DNA of 9,262 nucleotides from a virus (Duplodnaviria; Heunggongvirae; Uroviricota; Caudoviricetes): IMG/VR virus record IMGVR_UViG_2695420643_000022; one strand, 5' to 3'. Shown piece by piece: positions 6,689 to 9,262 of this stretch (position 1 is its first letter; each line of letters starts with the position of its first letter). The notes under the pieces were generated by a model. It saw only the letters and a program-made list of their open reading frames with translations, ran no database searches and was not told where the DNA came from. The position numbers and the translations under genes were made by a program.

Positions 6689-6796
6689 TATTCAATTTTA
6701 CAGGTAAATACTGTTAAAAGCATCACAATAAAAAACTGTTGATTGCATACAGTTTTTTATTGTAGGCTTTGCTTATAGTTTTTAGAGGAGGGCAAA
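6689..6796. promoter_or_regulatory. Divergent promoter/operator region between the regulator gene and the Cro-like gene
   Basis: 108-bp AT-rich intergenic region; TATAGT (6774-6779) upstream of SD AGAGGAGGG and ATG 6797 on the plus strand; TAAAAT just before the regulator ATG on the minus strand; contains the O-right palindrome. Confidence 0.55.
6725..6763. promoter_or_regulatory. 39-bp palindromic operator (O-right): ACAATAAAAAACTGT - 9 bp - ACAGTTTTTTATTGT
   Basis: Perfect 15-bp inverted repeat arms, same length and near-identical sequence to O-left at 5691-5729. Confidence 0.6.
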
Positions 6797-7069
6797 ATGC
6801 TAGATAGCACTCGCGAAAAAATTAGGCAGAAATACACTCAGGCTGAAATAGGTCGTTATATGGGGGTCGCTCAACAGACTGTTTGGCAATGGTTTAGCTT
6901 TGGCGTTCCCCCAAAGCAGGTAATTCCGTTATGCCAACTAATGAAGTGGGAAGTTACCCCGCATGAAATCCGCCCAGATATTTATCCTAACCCAACCGAC
7001 GGTTTACCTGTTGGATGTAAGGTTAACACATCAAATGCGCCGGAGTTGATTCATGAAAATCAAGCATGA
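6797..7069 (+). CDS. ydaS: Cro-like HTH protein, YdaS-like, 90 aa
   Basis: Strong SD AGAGGAGGG; HTH QAEIGRYMGVAQQTVWQWF and the TPHEIRPDIYP motif recalled from YdaS-family proteins; divergent from the repressor gene. Confidence 0.65.
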   Translation: MLDSTREKIRQKYTQAEIGRYMGVAQQTVWQWFSFGVPPKQVIPLCQLMKWEVTPHEIRPDIYPNPTDGLPVGCKVNTSNAPELIHENQA

Positions 7070-7478
7070 ACACATCCGCATGGCGATGAATGCCTGGGCG
7101 CATCCGGACGGCGAAAAAGTACCGGCTGCGAAAATTACCAAAGCGTATTTCGAGCTGGGAATGACGTTCCCGGAACTGTATGACGACAGCCATCCGGAAG
7201 CCATGGCTCGCAATACTCAGAAAATTTTCCGCTGGGTGGAGAAAGACACTCCTGATGCGGTTAAAAAAATTCAGGCGTTGTTACCAGCGATCGAAAAAGC
7301 GATGCCGCCTCCGCTGGTGGCCCGAATGCGCAGCCACAGTTCCGCTTATTTTCGGGAGTTGGTAGAGACGAAGGAACGGCTGGTGAAAGATATTGATGAT
7401 TTCGTTGCATCAGCGATCGTTCTGTTCGATCAGATGAATCGTGGTGGCCCGGCAGGAAACACTCTGGCTGTGCATTAA
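7053..7478 (+). CDS. ydaT: YdaT-like (CII-like) protein, 141 aa
   Basis: N-terminus MKIKHEHI matches my recollection of Rac YdaT; overlaps the ydaS-like gene by 17 nt; SD GGAG 7 nt upstream. Confidence 0.6.
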   Translation: MKIKHEHIRMAMNAWAHPDGEKVPAAKITKAYFELGMTFPELYDDSHPEAMARNTQKIFRWVEKDTPDAVKKIQALLPAIEKAMPPPLVARMRSHSSAYFRELVETKERLVKDIDDFVASAIVLFDQMNRGGPAGNTLAVH

Positions 7479-7491
7479 TTGGGTAATAAAT

Positions 7492-8001
7492 ATGAGTAAT
7501 GACAAAAAATTGACACTGAGCGTTTACGAAAACAGTCCGCACATCTGGCGTGGCGGTTTATCTGATGTGGAGCTGGCAGAGTGGTTGATACATAAAGCTA
7601 ATGCGCTGCTCTGGCGTTTGTCAGCCAGAGAACAGCGCAAGGAAACCAGAATAAAGCTGGCTGATGCAGAAGCGTGTGCCGGGCTTATTGAGGATTATAC
7701 AAATCTTGGTATTTCTTCAGCAGAGAGTGATCCCATTCAGCCTCTGAGCAGGGAGTCAATCCAGCACGCTGGTTGTATGGCACATCTTGTAACTGCTCGT
7801 CAACATGAGGTGGGTATTGGATCACTTCCGGTGGGATATTCGCTGATTCCAGAGCTGGTTGAAGCAAGAAAATCAGTTCAGAAAAAGAGAGATGACGCAC
7901 TTCAATTATTGAGAGAGCACTATGGCGCGATACCAGAATGCGAACAGCATCGATACCCTGAAGGTTATGAATGGATGCAGTCTCTTTTTGAAGTTCGCTA
8001 A
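7492..8001 (+). CDS. Hypothetical protein, 169 aa
   Basis: Start taken at ATG 7492, just after the ydaT-like stop. Codon position 1 is purine/G-rich (about 34% G) and codon choice is E. coli-like. RBS is weak. Confidence 0.5.
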   Translation: MSNDKKLTLSVYENSPHIWRGGLSDVELAEWLIHKANALLWRLSAREQRKETRIKLADAEACAGLIEDYTNLGISSAESDPIQPLSRESIQHAGCMAHLVTARQHEVGIGSLPVGYSLIPELVEARKSVQKKRDDALQLLREHYGAIPECEQHRYPEGYEWMQSLFEVR

Positions 8002-8218
8002 TCAATATGTCGAGACGAAGGTATGTTTCGGCGCGCAGCCAGGCTCTGTAATCCGGGAGCATTTCGGGGCTGTTACACCAGCGGTTTGTTGCTGCAACAT
8101 TTAATACATGAGCCTGATAAAGGCTTTTCAAAAAATACATGTCGAACCTCCTCTGGTTCTGTCGATTGGGAACCACAGATTATATCCGGAGGAAGGTTCG
8201 GCACCAGATGAGGTAGCC

Positions 8219-9262
8219 ATGCGTGATTACGCAAAAGTTTCTCCGCGATTCTGGCTGGGAGAAACGGGGAGAGAACTTAGAAAGGCGGGTGCAGAAGCGC
8301 AAGTTGTTGCTTTTTACCTGATGACATCCCCTCACGCAAATATGCTGGGTTTGTATTACCTGCCAGTTTTATACCTTGCTCATGAAACCGGGCTTGGTCT
8401 GGAAGGGGCTTCAAAGGGGCTTAAAAGGGCTGTTGAAGCTGGTTTTTGTAGCTATGACCATGATGCAGAGATGGTCTGGGTCCATGAAATGGCAGCCTGG
8501 CAGGTTGGGGAAACGTTGAAGCCTGGCGATAACCGTTGTGCAGGTGTCAGGAATGAGTATGCATCATTACCTGAAAACGCTTTTCTGTCAGTGTTTTACG
8601 ACAGATATAAAACGGATTTCCATCTGGATGTGAGGCGGAATAATAGCCGAAATTCGGTAAGGGGCTTCGAAGGGGCTTTTAAGGGGCTTCGAAGCCAAGA
8701 ACAGGAACAGGAGCAGGAGAAAGAACAGGAACAGGACAAAAACACTATGGTTCATGGCAAAAAAAACACCACGAACCAGGCAGGGGATGTTCAGACCGTC
8801 AATCCTGGTCAGCCAGCAGGCACGACACCGGAAGCCGATTCAGCGTATGCGCTGAAAGCCGATTCGGGCGCTGTGCAGCAGGTGATGACCGCAGGGTCGG
8901 AGCAATCACACCAACTGCAGCAGCCTGAAGCCGATTCCGCCATTCAGCGGGAAGCCGATCGGGTAGTCCCGGAAAGCACCGGGCAGTCTGTGGGACGAGT
9001 GGATTATCCGGATGTGTTCGAACAGGTCTGGCGGGAATACCCGTTGCGTGCTGGGGCAAACCCGAAGAAATCCGCTTTCAGTGCCTGGAAGGCCAGATTG
9101 CGCGAGGGGGTGCCACCAGAGACCATGCTGGATGGTGTGAGGCGTTACGCGAGATACCTGGCGGCGACCGGGAAAGCGGGAACGGAATTTGTTCAGCGAG
9201 CGACGACGTTTTTTGGGCCGGACCGGAATTTTGAAAACCCCTGGTTGCTCCCGGTAAGCGGC
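8219..9262 (+). CDS. Phage replication initiator/replisome-organizer-like protein, 5' partial (348 codons, open to the window end)
   Basis: SD GAGGT before ATG 8219 (an in-frame ATG at 8108 has no SD). C-terminal part ...DYPDVFEQVWREYPLRAGANPKKSAFSAWKARL...TFFGPDRNFENPW resembles the conserved phage replication-protein C-terminal motif (F..W..YP...K..A...W...). Gene position matches ydaU of Rac. Confidence 0.55.
   Translation, partial: MRDYAKVSPRFWLGETGRELRKAGAEAQVVAFYLMTSPHANMLGLYYLPVLYLAHETGLGLEGASKGLKRAVEAGFCSYDHDAEMVWVHEMAAWQVGETLKPGDNRCAGVRNEYASLPENAFLSVFYDRYKTDFHLDVRRNNSRNSVRGFEGAFKGLRSQEQEQEQEKEQEQDKNTMVHGKKNTTNQAGDVQTVNPGQPAGTTPEADSAYALKADSGAVQQVMTAGSEQSHQLQQPEADSAIQREADRVVPESTGQSVGRVDYPDVFEQVWREYPLRAGANPKKSAFSAWKARLREGVPPETMLDGVRRYARYLAATGKAGTEFVQRATTFFGPDRNFENPWLLPVSG
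8403..8431 (+). repeat. Three tandem AAGGGGCTT-like repeats at 10-bp spacing inside the replication gene
   Basis: GAAGGGGCTTC / AAAGGGGCTTA / AAAGGGCTGT read directly from sequence. Confidence 0.55.
8649..8681 (+). repeat. Three tandem AAGGGGCTTCG repeats at 11-bp spacing (candidate iterons of an origin inside the replication gene)
   Basis: AAGGGGCTTCG / AAGGGGCTTTT / AAGGGGCTTCG; contains the palindromic core GCTTCGAAGC; immediately followed by a GAACAGGAACAGGA(G/C) 16-bp direct repeat pair (8688-8727). Confidence 0.55.
8831..8960 (+). repeat. Four copies of (G/A)AAGCCGAT(T/C) direct repeat at 8831, 8855, 8927 and 8951 (spacings 24, 72, 24 bp) inside the replication gene
   Basis: Read directly; in the protein they encode repeated PEADS/KADS/READ segments. 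Confidence 0.5.

Noticed and set aside
7031-7542. ORFs 7031..7213 (-), 7180..7365 (+) and 7261..7542 (-)
   Set aside because: Nested in or antisense to the ydaS-like and ydaT-like genes; no RBS; shadow ORFs.
7685-8176. Antisense ORF 7685..8176 (GTG start; ATG at 8140 with GGAGG RBS)
   Set aside because: Codon position statistics favour the overlapping plus-strand gene; retained only as a low-interest finding because of the RBS.
7922-8211. Plus-strand ORFs 7922..8104 and 8023..8211
   Set aside because: Out of frame with neighbouring genes, no RBS, Cys/Gly-rich translations.
8403-8727. Short direct repeats considered as a CRISPR array
   Set aside because: Repeat units are only 9-16 bp with 10-24 bp periodicity and lie inside an open reading frame; there is no repeat-spacer structure.
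8799-9059. Minus-strand ORF 8799..9059 (86 aa)
   Set aside because: Antisense to the replication gene; Pro/Arg/Ala-rich shadow translation.

Overview
This window reads as the immunity/early-left region of a cryptic lambdoid (Rac-like) enterobacterial prophage, with no clearly undescribed system in it. From left to right: the end of an IS3-family (IS629-like) element that truncates a lambda-type integrase; an excisionase; a large exodeoxyribonuclease VIII-like protein with a C-terminal DEDDh 3'-5' exonuclease domain; several small early genes, one of which needs a -1 frameshift at an A7 tract to give a 179-aa product; a three-gene toxin-antitoxin operon (HTH regulator, small antitoxin, ParE/RelE toxin) that I recognise as paaR2-paaA2-parE2-like; a divergent Cro-like/YdaT-like pair; and the start of a replication initiator gene carrying internal direct repeats. 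The most interesting sequence-level observations are two near-identical 39-bp palindromic operators (one in the divergent promoter region, one over a strong leftward promoter), the slippery-site frameshift, and the IS terminus supplying the integrase stop codon. All family assignments are from reading the translations and motifs by eye; no database search was run.
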